A stretch of DNA of 64,000 bases. Origin: Octopus vulgaris (lineage: Eukaryota). Position 1 is the stretch's first letter. Each line of letters opens with the position of its first letter. Location of the stretch: contig OX597815.1 of NCBI GenBank assembly GCA_951406725.2, forward strand, positions 51,398,001 to 51,462,000, in the 5' to 3' direction. Positions 1-10,428 of the stretch are shown piece by piece. The notes below the pieces were generated by a model. The model was not told the origin of the DNA, ran no database searches, and saw nothing but the letters and a program-made list of their open reading frames with translations. The position numbers and the translations under genes are program-made.

Positions 1-319
1 CATGGTTATGTGGTTAAAAAAGTATTCAACAAACTGGTAGAGTATGGCTTTTGGTTTGATTCCACTGTGTAACTACATCTTAGGCAAGTATTTTGTCCTA
101 TAGCATCAGGTTGACCTCATGCTCTGGGAGTAATATTTAGGAGTCAGTAACAGTGTTGAAGCACATCATATGTGTGTATAAGCACATACATGTGTGTGTG
201 TGTGTGATTGTGTGTGTGCATGTGCACATGAAGATGGATCTCCATTAGTTTCAACAATGAGTGTTCACTTATTCTGAATGAACTATTCTTTGAATTAAGT
301 CACTCAGACATGTGAAACC

Positions 320-548
320 TTAACCATAATAGCATTTAAACCAGCAGTATCTGACATAAAATATTCTACCCATTTTATGTCCAAACCACCTAGATCCAGA
401 CTTTCTCATCTACCCTGCAATGTTACTCTGAAAATGAACAAACACATAATCAGAATCTTGAAATTTCAAGATAATGCACAATAAATTCAAAACAATGTAA
501 ATAAATAAGCATTACAATCAACAAAATAGCTTGAATGCTAAAGGATTT
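320..548. mobile_element. piggyBac-like (TTAA) MITE, degraded copy
   Basis: Starts ttaacc..tagcatttaaacc and ends gaatgctaaaggattta; body matches the copies at 39904-40118, 55254-56000 and 32450-32677. Confidence 0.65.
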
Positions 549-634
549 ATGTAATTCTCAGGTGGAATCAATGTGACACAGCGTGACTAGGCTGAGCTTT
601 TGAATAACAAGCACAAATCCTTCCAAATGTTTTC

Positions 635-785
635 CAAATGTTTCTGTCAATCTAGTTCCACACACAAGGTTTGGGCTAACCCAGGGCTATGATAAAAGAT
701 ATTTGCTCAAGATGCCATGCAGTGGAACTGAACTTAGAACCTTGTTATTGTAAAGTAGTTTTCTTAGCCATTCAGTCAAGCTGCA
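635..785 (-). mobile_element. CORE-like tRNA-derived SINE (family A), degraded 5' half
   Basis: Similar to the head and core of the copy at 2433-2828 (ttgctcaagatgccatgcagtggaactgaac). Confidence 0.65.
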
Positions 786-1309
786 TCCAAAAGTTACTTA
801 GAATTAATTTAAACCATGTATATTTAACTCACCAAACAATTATCCCACCAATTATATGAGTGGAAATTGACAAGTCAAGCAGAAAGAACCAGAAGTTCAT
901 TTTTACTTAAGGTAGATTTAGTTATTTGATAAATAGAAAGTGAGAAAATATGTAACAGATGAAATACTAAGAGTACTTGTAGGTGGTGCCCTCGGGTAGT
1001 TACAGATCAAAGACTGACACTAGTAAAAGAATAAAAGAATATGGTAGGAAAATAGCCAAACTGGTAGAGTATGGGACAAAATATCATATGATACTAGGTT
1101 ACATCCTTTTATATTCTGTGTTCAAATCTTACCCAGGTTCACTTAATTTTCATTCTTCTGAAGCTGTTAAAATAATTTACACACAATAAAAAAAATACTG
1201 GGGATAACATAATTAGCTGTAACCCAGAAGGTAGTACTCCAGTATGACCATTGTCTAATGACTGAAACCAATAAAAGAATTTAAAGTAAATACAATTTAT
1301 AGAATTAGT

Positions 1310-1800
1310 TTGCATTGTTCACATCACACTTCTCTCGAGGATGAACAAGATGTTCTTCCAATTCTTGCTGAATTATCAACAGATCTGTGGATTACACCTA
1401 ATAATTTGGCCAACTACCTCTCTATTAAATCAGAATTGATCTGGGTTTCAATAACGACAATAACTATTAACATTTTAATTACATATTTATTCTAAGACTG
1501 GTTTCAACATTGATCATTATTGATTTCATTTGACTTTTCAAAATTTCATATCCCTCAACAATTACAATTACTTCCTTTCTATGATCAAATGAAGGTCAAC
1601 TTTTTTGCTGAAAATAAAAATAGCAACCAAGTCTATTTCACATCGCACTCCCTCACTGGCAGTTAATAATGATAGTGCTGACTGAGAGAGGACCTCATTC
1701 AGAGCACTTTGACCTGTCTCAAGCAAATTAATCACCAAATGAATAACGAATCTCTTGTCTATTTGTTCATTAGTTATTTGTATTACAACCACTTCTTGTT
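1310..1800 (+). pseudogene. Highly decayed CR1/L2-like LINE reverse transcriptase fragment (tentative)
   Basis: Residual RT-like motifs in the expected order on +: ILAEL...ITP, ANY.SI (NYRPI-like) and tttgacttttcaaaa = FDFSK (DFSKAFD-like); many stops and frameshifts. Confidence 0.3.
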
Positions 1801-1859
1801 CCCAAACTAATCATGAAGAATAAAGAAGAGAAAATAATAAGGATAATTTATCAAATAAG

Positions 1860-2150
1860 TGTTTCACAAGATTGTTAAGGTATATAAAAAATATATAAGA
1901 TATAAAGATTTTGCTCTGATGAAGCTATAAGGTGCTACATAAACACCCAACTATGAATGCATTGTGTTTTATGCCAGAAACAGCTGTAAGCCAATGAAGT
2001 TCATTACATAATTTCTTGTTCCCTTGTCACTTATAAAATCTCTTATTAAGCTCTGTACTTGACTACCATTTTTTTCTAAAGCCTAGGTACATTGAGTTCT
2101 AACACCAGGTTATTAGTATCGCCATGCCTAAGCAAAATGTTAAAACATAT
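1860..2150 (+). mobile_element. Penelope-like element terminal-repeat (pLTR) relic
   Basis: AT-rich block carrying the hammerhead motif and ending at a (TA)n tract near 2148-2172; boundaries approximate. Confidence 0.45.
1908..1996 (+). ncRNA. Type I hammerhead ribozyme motif, Penelope-like (PLE) type
   Basis: CTGATGA at 1916-1922, GAAA at 1977-1980, palindromic minimal stem III CAGCTG at 1981-1986, GUA cleavage triplet ending 1988. Stem I is tttgct/agccaa with one mismatch; stem II is long and imperfect. Confidence 0.65.
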
Positions 2151-2432
2151 ATATTTATATATATATATATATACACACACAAGATCAGAATAAAAGTGGA
2201 GATACAGTTGTAACAATTTTTTTCATTATTACATCCAAAATTACATAACATTTACATATGTTTCATTAGCATATACAAACATGCTATAAGGTAATCATTA
2301 CAAAGGCAGTTGGCATAATCAATCTACATACCAGATCATTAAACAAAAGCTATAATTTACTCTGTTATTAGTTACCAATGTTTGTCAGTTATATATATGT
2401 ATATGCATGCAGGCATGTATATAACATATATA

Positions 2433-2826
2433 TTCTTTATTCTTTCATTTGTTTCAGTCATTTGACTGCGGCCATGCTGGAGCACCACCTTTCGGTGAGC
2501 AAATCGACTCCAGGACTTATTCTTTGTAAGCCTAGTACTTATTCTATCAGTCTCTTTTGCTGAACTGCTAAGTGACAGGGACATAAACAAACTAGCATCA
2601 GTTGTCAAGCGATGTTGGAGGGACCAACACAGACACACAAACATACACACACATATATATATATACGACGGGCTTCTTTCAGTTTCCGTCTACCAAATCC
2701 ACTCACAAGGCTTTGGTCAGCCCAAGGCAATAGTAGAAGACATTTGCCCAAGGTGCCACGCAGAGGGACTGAACCTGGAACCATGTGGTTGGTAAGCAAG
2801 CTACTTACCACACAGCCACTCCTGCA

Positions 2827-2828
<2 letters not shown>
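2433..2828 (-). mobile_element. Full-length CORE-like tRNA-derived SINE (family A)
   Basis: On the minus strand: A-box tggctgtgtggtaag, B-box-like ggttcagtccc, CORE-like ccttgggcaaatgtc, an internal (TA)/(TG) microsatellite and a gactgaaacaa..aaagaat tail; many copies in the window. Confidence 0.9.
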
Positions 2829-2859
<31 letters not shown>

Positions 2860-2941
2860 AGATGTATGTAGACACATACACATATACACATTTATATATA
2901 GAAGAAAAACACACGTACATGCACACACACACATACACATT

Positions 2942-2978
<37 letters not shown>

Positions 2979-3469
2979 AGAGATAGACAAAGAAATGCAT
3001 ATACAATAACACTGGCAGCACAATCCTGACCTCTCCTAGCAGACTCCTCATTGTTTACATTCTTTGCTTGATCCAACACTCTCACCTCAACTATTTCCCA
3101 TTCCTTACCTCCTCCCACACTGCATGGTTTTCATGTTGGTCTGTGCTATTATATGTCCTTTTGTCCATTTCTTGCCTTATCTCCTACTTCACATCACTTG
3201 GCCTGCATCACATCACTCCTAATTCAACTGACCTGGACTCTGTCAAAAACTTTGGTCTTTTCTACAAACCCTGCTTCATACTCTACATCCTCCTCCTCTT
3301 GAAAAACGGCTTATACACTACTCATACCACCTCCCACTGGTTTCCCTCTTCTCACTCCACTCAATCCTTTTGCATCAAAACTATGCTCATACTTTCATTC
3401 ACAATTTTACTACCTCGATGATAATAGCACTATATATTCTGTCTTACTTTCCATAGAAGAACATATTAT

Positions 3470-3890
3470 TGATTTCAAATTTTGATACATGGCTAGCAAT
3501 TTCGGAAGAGGTGGGGATAAGTCAATTACACTGACTCCAGTATTCAAGTGGTACTTATTTTTTCAACTCCAAAAGGATGAAAGGTGAAGTCAACCCTGAT
3601 GGAATTTGAACTCAAAACATAAAGACAAGACAAAATGCCACTAAATACAGGGTGTCCACAAAAACACTCCCTTATTTAATGACACTATCACATCTAAAGT
3701 AATCCAAATATATTGATAAATATTGTTTCCACAGATTCCCTAACAATAATGTTTTCTTTTAGTTTCAGGTGACTTACTATCTTTGACATGAACACATGGA
3801 AATCCAAAAAGCAGCTGGGAGTGTTTTTGTGGACACCCTGTATTTTACCTGGCACAGTAATGATTCTGGATTCTGCCAGTTCACCACCTT
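3470..3890 (-). mobile_element. Meta-domain-like SINE (family B) interrupted by a MITE
   Basis: Reverse complement of the gagttcaaattcc..ttcacctttcatccttt..aagtacc motif; its 5' part resumes after 3842. Confidence 0.8.
3648..3840. mobile_element. Tc1/mariner-type MITE, 193 bp
   Basis: Perfect 24-bp TIRs (CAGGGTGTCCACAAAAACACTCCC) flanked by TA on both sides (3646-47 and 3841-42). Confidence 0.92.
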
Positions 3891-3924
3891 AGAAGGACAT
3901 ATTAATTAATATTATCCATTATTG

Positions 3925-4525
3925 AAATGGCAGAACCATTGATATGTTGGATAAAAATGCTTAGTGGCAATTCTTCTGGTTCTTTACATTCTGAGTTCAA
4001 ATCTTACCAAAGTCAACTTTGCTTTTCATCCTTCGAGTGTTGGTAAAATATAATACCAGTTAAATACAGGGATCAATGTACTTGACTTTCCCCCTCTCCT
4101 CAAAATTGCTGGCCTTGTGCCAAAATTAGAAGGAATTATTGTTATTAAGTGGCAAGCTGGCAGAATGTTTAGAGCATTGGAAAAATTGCCCTGTGACATC
4201 TGCTCTGATTATTCACATTCTGAGTTCAAATCCCAACAAGGTCAGCTTTGCTTTTCATCCTTTCAGGATCAATAAAATAAAGTCCCAGCCAAGGATTGAG
4301 GCTGATGATATCAACCATCTCTTATCCTCTCTCCTAAAAATTTAAAATCATTATATCATTAAGGCAGGGAGCTGGCAGACATGTGAAGCAGAGTTCAAAT
4401 TCTTCTGGGGTCAAATTTGCTTTTCATTCTTTTGAAGATAAAATAAGTACCAGCTGAGTACTGGGGTTGAACTAATTGACTTAGCCCCTCTCCTGAAATT
4501 GCTGGCCTTGTGCCAAATTTGAAAC

Positions 4526-4561
<36 letters not shown>

Positions 4562-4788
4562 TGCCACAATTGACTTTGCCTTTCATTGTCAAACTTTCAG
4601 GGTTGATAAAATAAGTACCAGTTGAACACTGGAGTCAATGTAATTGACTTACCCCCTCCCCCAAAATTGCTGCCCTTGTGGCAAAATTCAAACTATGATT
4701 ATCATTATTATTATTATTATTATTGAGGGTGCATGGTCTAGTGGTTAGGGTGCTGCAATGATGATCTAGCAATCATGATTGCAATTCT

Positions 4789-4826
<38 letters not shown>

Positions 4827-5050
4827 TTTAAGGCAGCAAGCTGGTAGAGTCATTAACACGCTGGGCAAAATGCTTAGTGACATTTCGTCCATCCTTACAT
4901 CCTGAGTAGAAATTCGGCCAAGGTCAACTTTACCTTTCATCCTTTTGGAGTCAACAAATTGAGTACTAGTGAAAAACTGGAGTCAATGTAATCGACTAGT
5001 CCCCTCCACACAAATTCAGGCCATATGCCTATAGTAGAAAAGATTATTAT
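3925..5050 (+). mobile_element. Tandem stack of about 5 family-B SINE copies with (TTA)n tails
   Basis: Repeated ggcagaa..ttctgagttcaaat..gtcaactttgcctttcatcctt..aagtaccag..gctggccttgtgccaaaatt..attatt units near 3925, 4148, 4362, 4565 and 4829. Confidence 0.88.
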
Positions 5051-5139
5051 TGTCATTAATGGCTTGAAAAATGCTTCAATAGTTACCTTTCTTTCTCACA
5101 ATAAAACAACTTGAAAAATATGCATAAACATGTTTAAAG

Positions 5140-5720
5140 ACTAACAAATACTGTCATCCAGATAGGATTGTTTTGTTGTTTTTAATTCAACAGCTAATTT
5201 TGGATAATAATACTTTAGTGCTTCAACTCAGTTCTGCACAACATTATGGTCATTTGGTATTGCTGCATCAATAATTAATATGCTATTGTCATTTTTGTCA
5301 CAGAAAATTAGATTCTGTGCTATCTCCTGGTGTCTTTGTAAGACAGAATTCCACAGTATTTTTGTGTTGTTGCTTTCCAATAGAAAACATCAGATTATAA
5401 TCAAAACATTGGATTATTTCACTCTTCATCACACAATCAACTCACATGACTTTTCTATTAAATCTCCTGTGGATTAATATTTGTAGAAACCAATTTCCTC
5501 TGGCTCTGAATGTTACTAATTTCAACCTTCTGCTATTTTTCCAATTTGAGTGAATTTAAATATACCATGATACTTTCATGCAACTGATTCATTTGAGAGT
5601 TCCTTCTACAGTTCCAGTTGATTTGTTTTAATTTATCTTCTATCCAACACTTTTGAATTTATTCACGTCCTCATCTTAGATTTGCAGAATCAGCAGAGCA
5701 TCAGAAAAAAATGCATTGTG
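5140..5720 (-). pseudogene. R4/Dong-type (RLE) non-LTR retrotransposon fragment, endonuclease region
   Basis: Minus strand reads KILWNSVLQRHQEIAQNLIFCDKNDNSILIIDAAIPNDHNVVQN*VEALKYY, matching the ILWD..PD..IDVA.P.D.N..EK..KY restriction-like endonuclease pattern. Confidence 0.7.
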
Positions 5721-5751
5721 GTATTTTTTCCCAGTTCTTTACAATCTAGAT

Positions 5752-5897
5752 TGAAATTCTACCGAGGTCAATTTTGCCTTTCATTCTTCCAGAGTCAATA
5801 AAGTACCAGTCAAGTACTAGGGTCAACAGTACCAGCTTACCTCTGACCTCAAAATTTCTGGCCTTATGCCTAAATTGCAAACCATTATTATTATTAT
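5752..5897 (+). mobile_element. Family-B SINE, 5'-truncated
   Basis: gaggtcaattttgcctttcattctt..aagtaccag, followed by a (TTA)n tail. Confidence 0.8.
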
Positions 5898-6415
5898 TGA
5901 GAGAGCAGCACCTGCCATCAAGGTGAAACTGGAGTGCAAATATACGAAGTCCAATATACCCATCATGACTACCTGTACACCAGGCATATGCATCACAACC
6001 ATATGTACATGACATGGTGATCTTATATCAAGATAAACAGCACATGACCTTACAGGTGGAGCCCAGTTAGAATTTTCTTCACGTAGAGTAACCCATCCCA
6101 CTCAAAAGGTCCCTGAATAAGGGTTGTTTAAGGATGATGAACAAAACATCCATGTTTCCAGAGGTGAATGATTCAAACCCCAAAGAATTGCTTTCAACAC
6201 ATGGCTATGATGCTCCCCGACTACTTCTACTCATGATCAGAGATGCACATATCACCAGCCACCAAGGAACATGCTGAAATGGTTACGGTCAAACAACTGA
6301 AAAGCAAATTTGTGGTATTGAGCAGAATATTTGCTATAGCCTATCTTCTACACCAAGACAAAACATGTACATGATAACACTTCCAATTGGTTAACATTAG
6401 AAGCCATGAGAGTCA
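5898..6415 (-). mobile_element. SINE-like interspersed repeat (family C)
   Basis: Its central part (about 6165-6345) is the reverse complement of 9830-10020; on the minus strand it ends tgatggcaggtgctgctctctc followed by (AAT)n. Confidence 0.65.
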
Positions 6416-6504
6416 GTGTCTCATATTGCATCAGCGCGTGTGTGTATGTGTGTGTCTGTGTGTAATTATTATTATTACTACTACTACTACTACTACTACT
6501 ACTG

Positions 6505-6945
6505 GAGCAATGAACTGGCAGAATCGTTAGCATGCTGGGCAAAATGCTTAGTGGCATTTCATCAGTCTTTACATTCTGAGTTCAAATTCCACCGAGGTAG
6601 ACTTTGTCTTTCATCCTTTCAGGGTTGATGAAATAAGTACCAGTTATACACTGGGGTCAATGTAATCGACTAGCCCGTTCCCTCAAAGTTTCAGGCCTTG
6701 TGCCTATAGTAGAAAAGATTGTTATTATTATTATTATTATTGACATCATTAATACATCAGACAAACTGCTTAGCAGCATCTCTTCAAGTTCTAAGTTCTA
6801 TTCCCATCAAGGTCAACTTTGCCTTTCATCCTCTCAGGGTTGATAAAATAAATAACAAACTAGGGTTGATGTGACTAAACCCCCACCTTCGCACCTAAAA
6901 CTGCTGGCCTTGCACCAAAATTTAAAACAATTATTACTATTATTT
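6505..6945 (+). mobile_element. Two tandem family-B SINE copies
   Basis: Two head-to-tail units separated by (TTA)n near 6720-6740 and preceded by (TAC)n. Confidence 0.85.
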
Positions 6946-7339
6946 TCATAATTAAAATGCTTCTCATTCATCACCCTTAAAGCAATCAAAGAATTTATCA
7001 TTTTGTGAACTAGAGACTTCAGAATGTCTGATCACATGATAACTTAAGGTGGAACAAATAAATCTTGTCCTTCGAACCTTTCTATGTTATTTTATTTTTG
7101 GAAATAGTATTTACTTATAACTTAATATAGCTTCTGCTGGAGCAGCTGGAAGAGATGCTAACAGCAAGCATAATAGCAACAGGTACACTCCAAAGAAAAT
7201 TTTGAAATCAATAATCCAGAAAGCAAAAACACAAACAAAAAAAAAATGTCAATTGCACAGTCAGCTGTGTTTATAAACAGACATTCACACATACATATAC
7301 ACACACACATACACATCAACATATAAACATGCATAAATA

Positions 7340-7542
7340 CAGGGTTGGCCAAAAGTCACCTGACAATAAACCAAAACCCATTTAATTCCAAAATTAAAAC
7401 AAAAAAATTATTTTATATGAGACTTCACTAATAAATAAACAAATGTTGAAAAAACATTCATAATTGGCATGAAAAAATAAAATTGAATATTAAGTATTTA
7501 TGGAATTTTAATTTACTGTTCGGTGGCTTTTGGCCAACCCTG
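7340..7542. mobile_element. Tc1/mariner-type MITE
   Basis: TIRs CAGGGTTGGCCAAAAGTCACC and GGTGGCTTTTGGCCAACCCTG; TA at the left flank; related copy at 36920-37152. Confidence 0.85.
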
Positions 7543-7732
7543 TGTGTATATATATATAACTTTTCTGAATGGTAAAGATTACATTTCATTGGTCTTCTAT
7601 AAGCTCCAGTTTTTGTGATAATTTTGGTGCTTTTTTAAAAAAGCATATTAATCTACTTCCGGTATTCAAGTACTTTTTTTTTTCACCTTGTTTCACATTT
7701 AAGTGCTTACTCTGGTATATATGTATATATAT

Positions 7733-7916
7733 CCATTGTTTCAGCGATGAGTACGATGTTGTCTGTGAAACGGAGGTGGGTGAGGAGCTCGCCATTGATG
7801 TTGACACCGCCTTGCTAGTCAATGCCTCTGATGATCTGTTCGAGGCATGCGGTAAAAAGTTTTGGGGAGATCGTATCTCCTTGCTTCACTCCCTTCTCGG
7901 CCAGCACTCGTATGGG
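7733..7916 (-). pseudogene. RTE-clade LINE RT fragment (inverted 5' segment)
   Basis: Minus strand reads EKGVKQGDTISPKLFTACLEQIIRGID*QGGVNINGELLTHLRFTDNIVLIAE: the RT QGD-SP motif and a degenerate FADD motif. Confidence 0.9.
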
Positions 7917-8304
7917 TGATGACAGCAGAGCTATGTCGGTGGTGCATCAAAGAGCCAAGGAAAGGTCAATGCTTGGTATCTCATTGAGAGAGCACATCAG
8001 TAGCGAGATCATCAGAAAGAAGTCTGGCATGAGGGATGTCATCGCAGAGTATACATGCAGCAAGTTTAGATGGGCTGGACGCATCGCCCAGCTCACCGAT
8101 AATCGGTGGACTTGCGCAGTTGTCGAGTGGTACCGGCGCGAGTGGAAACAACCACCCAGAAGGCCTCCATGACAGTGGAGTTACGATTTCAGGAGGACGA
8201 TTGGGATCACATGGATGAGAAAGGCGTTATCCAGAGAGGAGTGGACAGCATGCTGTGACCAGTGGTGTCAACTGGATGCCTGACGGACTGCTCGGTCAAG
8301 GTGA
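7917..8304 (+). pseudogene. RTE-clade LINE 3' end (C-terminal ORF and short 3' UTR)
   Basis: QRAKERSMLGISLREHISSEIIRKKSG..KFRWAGRIAQLTDNRWT..VVEWY..PPRRPP is the typical RTE C-terminus; it ends in a (TA)n tract. Confidence 0.88.
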
Positions 8305-8530
8305 TATATATATATATATATATATTTAGATAGATAAATAGATAGATAGATAGACATATACACACGTGGGTATCTGTGTGTGTATATATATATATATATA
8401 TACATACACACATATACATACACATATATATACATATACACATATATATATATATACACACATACATATATATATATATATACATACACATATATATACA
8501 TATACACACATACATATATATATATATTAT
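8305..8530. repeat. Compound (TA)n/(GATA)n/(CA,TA)n microsatellite
   Basis: Seen directly. Confidence 0.95.
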
Positions 8531-8562
8531 AATGAAATAATTACTATGAAGCATTGTGTAGA

Positions 8563-8868
8563 ATATATTGTATTAAGGATCATGGTAAGGTCAAAACAAT
8601 GCGAAGTAAATGCAGGTAAATCACAAGAAAACACATATGTGAATTAATGTAGACTTACCTTGTATTCAATATTTCAGGGTTATGACCCAATTTTCAAGAA
8701 ATTGAGAATGTTGGGCAACATTCATCAATTTCTTGAAAATAGTGTCATAACCCCCAAATATTGAATACAAGGTAAGTCTACATTAATTCACATATGTGTT
8801 TTCTTGTGATTTACCTTGCATTTACTTCGCATTGTTTTGACCTTACCCACGATCCTTTATACTATATA
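8563..8868. repeat. About 300-bp fold-back palindrome (PLE pLTR-like)
   Basis: Near-perfect inverted arms of about 150 bp with apex gaatgttg-gg-caacattc (8706-8723); (TA)n at the right flank. Confidence 0.93.
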
Positions 8869-8889
8869 TATATATATATATATATATGA

Positions 8890-9155
8890 TCTTTTACATG
8901 TTTCAGTCATTAGATTGTGTCCATGCTGGGGCACCACCTTGAACAACTTCTTTAGTCAAATGTATCAATCCTAGTACTTGTTTTTGAAGCCTGGTACTTA
9001 TTTTATTGGTCTGTTTTGCCAAACTGCTAAGTTACTGGGTTGTAAACACATCAGTACCAGTTGTCAAGCAGTAGTAGGGGAAGGGGACAAACACACACAC
9101 AAACAAAGAAATATATATACTTATTCACACGGCTTTGGTTAGCAGAGGGCTATGG
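8890..9155 (-). mobile_element. Family-A SINE, mainly 3' part
   Basis: tgtttcagtcattaga..ccatgctggggcaccacc..ctgctaagtta..gttgtcaagc. Confidence 0.8.
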
Positions 9156-9499
9156 TTATTTTCTCATACTCAGTTCCATACAAATCTCCAATTTTGTAAT
9201 TTGTCCTTGTAACATTCCTTAATCCATTAACTTAAAAAAAAAATAAAAAAAAAAAAAACAAGACTTCAAATCTGGTCAAAATCATCTTTGCTTTTATTCT
9301 TCCTAAATTGATGATATCAGTCCTGGATTAGGGGTTTAATTAAATCAAATATACAATTTCTCTCCCAGAAATCCTTATTATTTTTATTTTGAGTCCTTGT
9401 GGCTTAAAACGAAAAGAGTTATTATTCGACTTGACTCAGGATTGGTCTTATTCTTCACAGAATATATGGGTGTAACTTCAAGTACCCAAAAGATTTCAA

Positions 9500-10345
9500 T
9501 GAGCCATTAAGTTCTTAATATTTGATGATCGTTCCAGTTCCTAAGAGGCAAACCTTCAGTAGAGTCTCTACAGAATATTCCATTCCAATCTCCTTTATTT
9601 ATATGTCTATTTCATCACTCACAGTTCCCAATGCACCAATTACACTGTGTAACAAAATTTTGATTTTTTTTGTCTTTGGACTGTAAGTGTAATTGCCAAT
9701 TTGCTTCTATTTAGAAATCAAAAGAAATGGCTACTATTCCCTTCAAACTTTGCTTTTGTCACCTGAACATCAATGTTTTGAAACTGACTTATTTTCCATT
9801 ACATTACAGACAGCTTCAGCACTGTATTGTTGAAGCAGAAATATCTTTATAACAAATATTCTGCTCAGTATCACAGATTTGTTTGTTAAGATGCTTGACT
9901 ATAACCACTTGAGCCTGTCCCTTAGTGGCGGATGATATGTGCATCTCTAATCATGAGCAGAAGCAGTGGGTGAGCATAATAGCCATGTGTTGCAAGAGAT
10001 TCTTTGACATTTTAATAAATTCAACAAAAGCAAAGTTTGAAGAAAATATTAGCTATTTTTTGTAGTTTCTAGGGGTAAGCAAATAAGAAATAACAGTTGC
10101 TACCCAAGGACAAAAATTGCGTTACACAGTGCTATCATTGGTACCATCTTTAGAGACTTTATGTTCCAAATCCTCACAATCTCAAATTTTAAAGGGCTGT
10201 ATTTTTCAGCTTCCGATCTGCTTCCTTCACAATCCTAGTATCAAATGAACATGATGGATCAATCAGTAAATAAATTCAATTTTCCTTGTCTATTACTGTA
10301 ACATCTGGCTTGTTGCATTCAATATTCCTATCCACTTGAATCATC
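9500..10345 (-). pseudogene. R4/Dong-type LINE 3' end (RLE domain) split by a MITE
   Basis: Minus strand reads IQVDRNIECNKPDVTVIDKEN*IYLLIDPSCSFDTRIVKEADRK..IVRIWNIKSLKMVPMI, then after the insert VIGALGTV; the frame rejoins when 9643-10131 is removed. Confidence 0.85.
9643..10131. mobile_element. MITE with long imperfect TIRs, carrying a family-C SINE fragment
   Basis: Ends CACTGTGTAAC and GTTACACAGTG; internal perfect 19-bp inverted pair at 9741-9759 and 10024-10042. Confidence 0.8.
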
Positions 10346-10354
10346 ATTATAGTA

Positions 10355-10382
10355 GTTGTTGTTGCTATTATTATTATTATCA

Positions 10383-10427
<45 letters not shown>
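10355..10427. repeat. (TTA)n microsatellite
   Basis: Seen directly; explains the poly-Leu ORF. Confidence 0.95.

Positions 10428-10428
<1 letters not shown>

Noticed and set aside
1573-1806. Apparent 234-nt minus-strand exon (tag|..WEQEVVVIQITNEQIDKRF..IER|gtaatt)
   Set aside because: Splice-like sites are present, but no protein is recognisable and no partner exons were found. The + strand carries residual LINE RT motifs (FDFSK), so an antisense ORF of a decayed LINE is at least as likely. RNA-seq could revive it.
2372-3118. Overlapping ORFs of 60-124 aa
   Set aside because: They are translations of a SINE and TA/CA microsatellites ([11 protein letters not shown]); the same applies to most of the ORF track.
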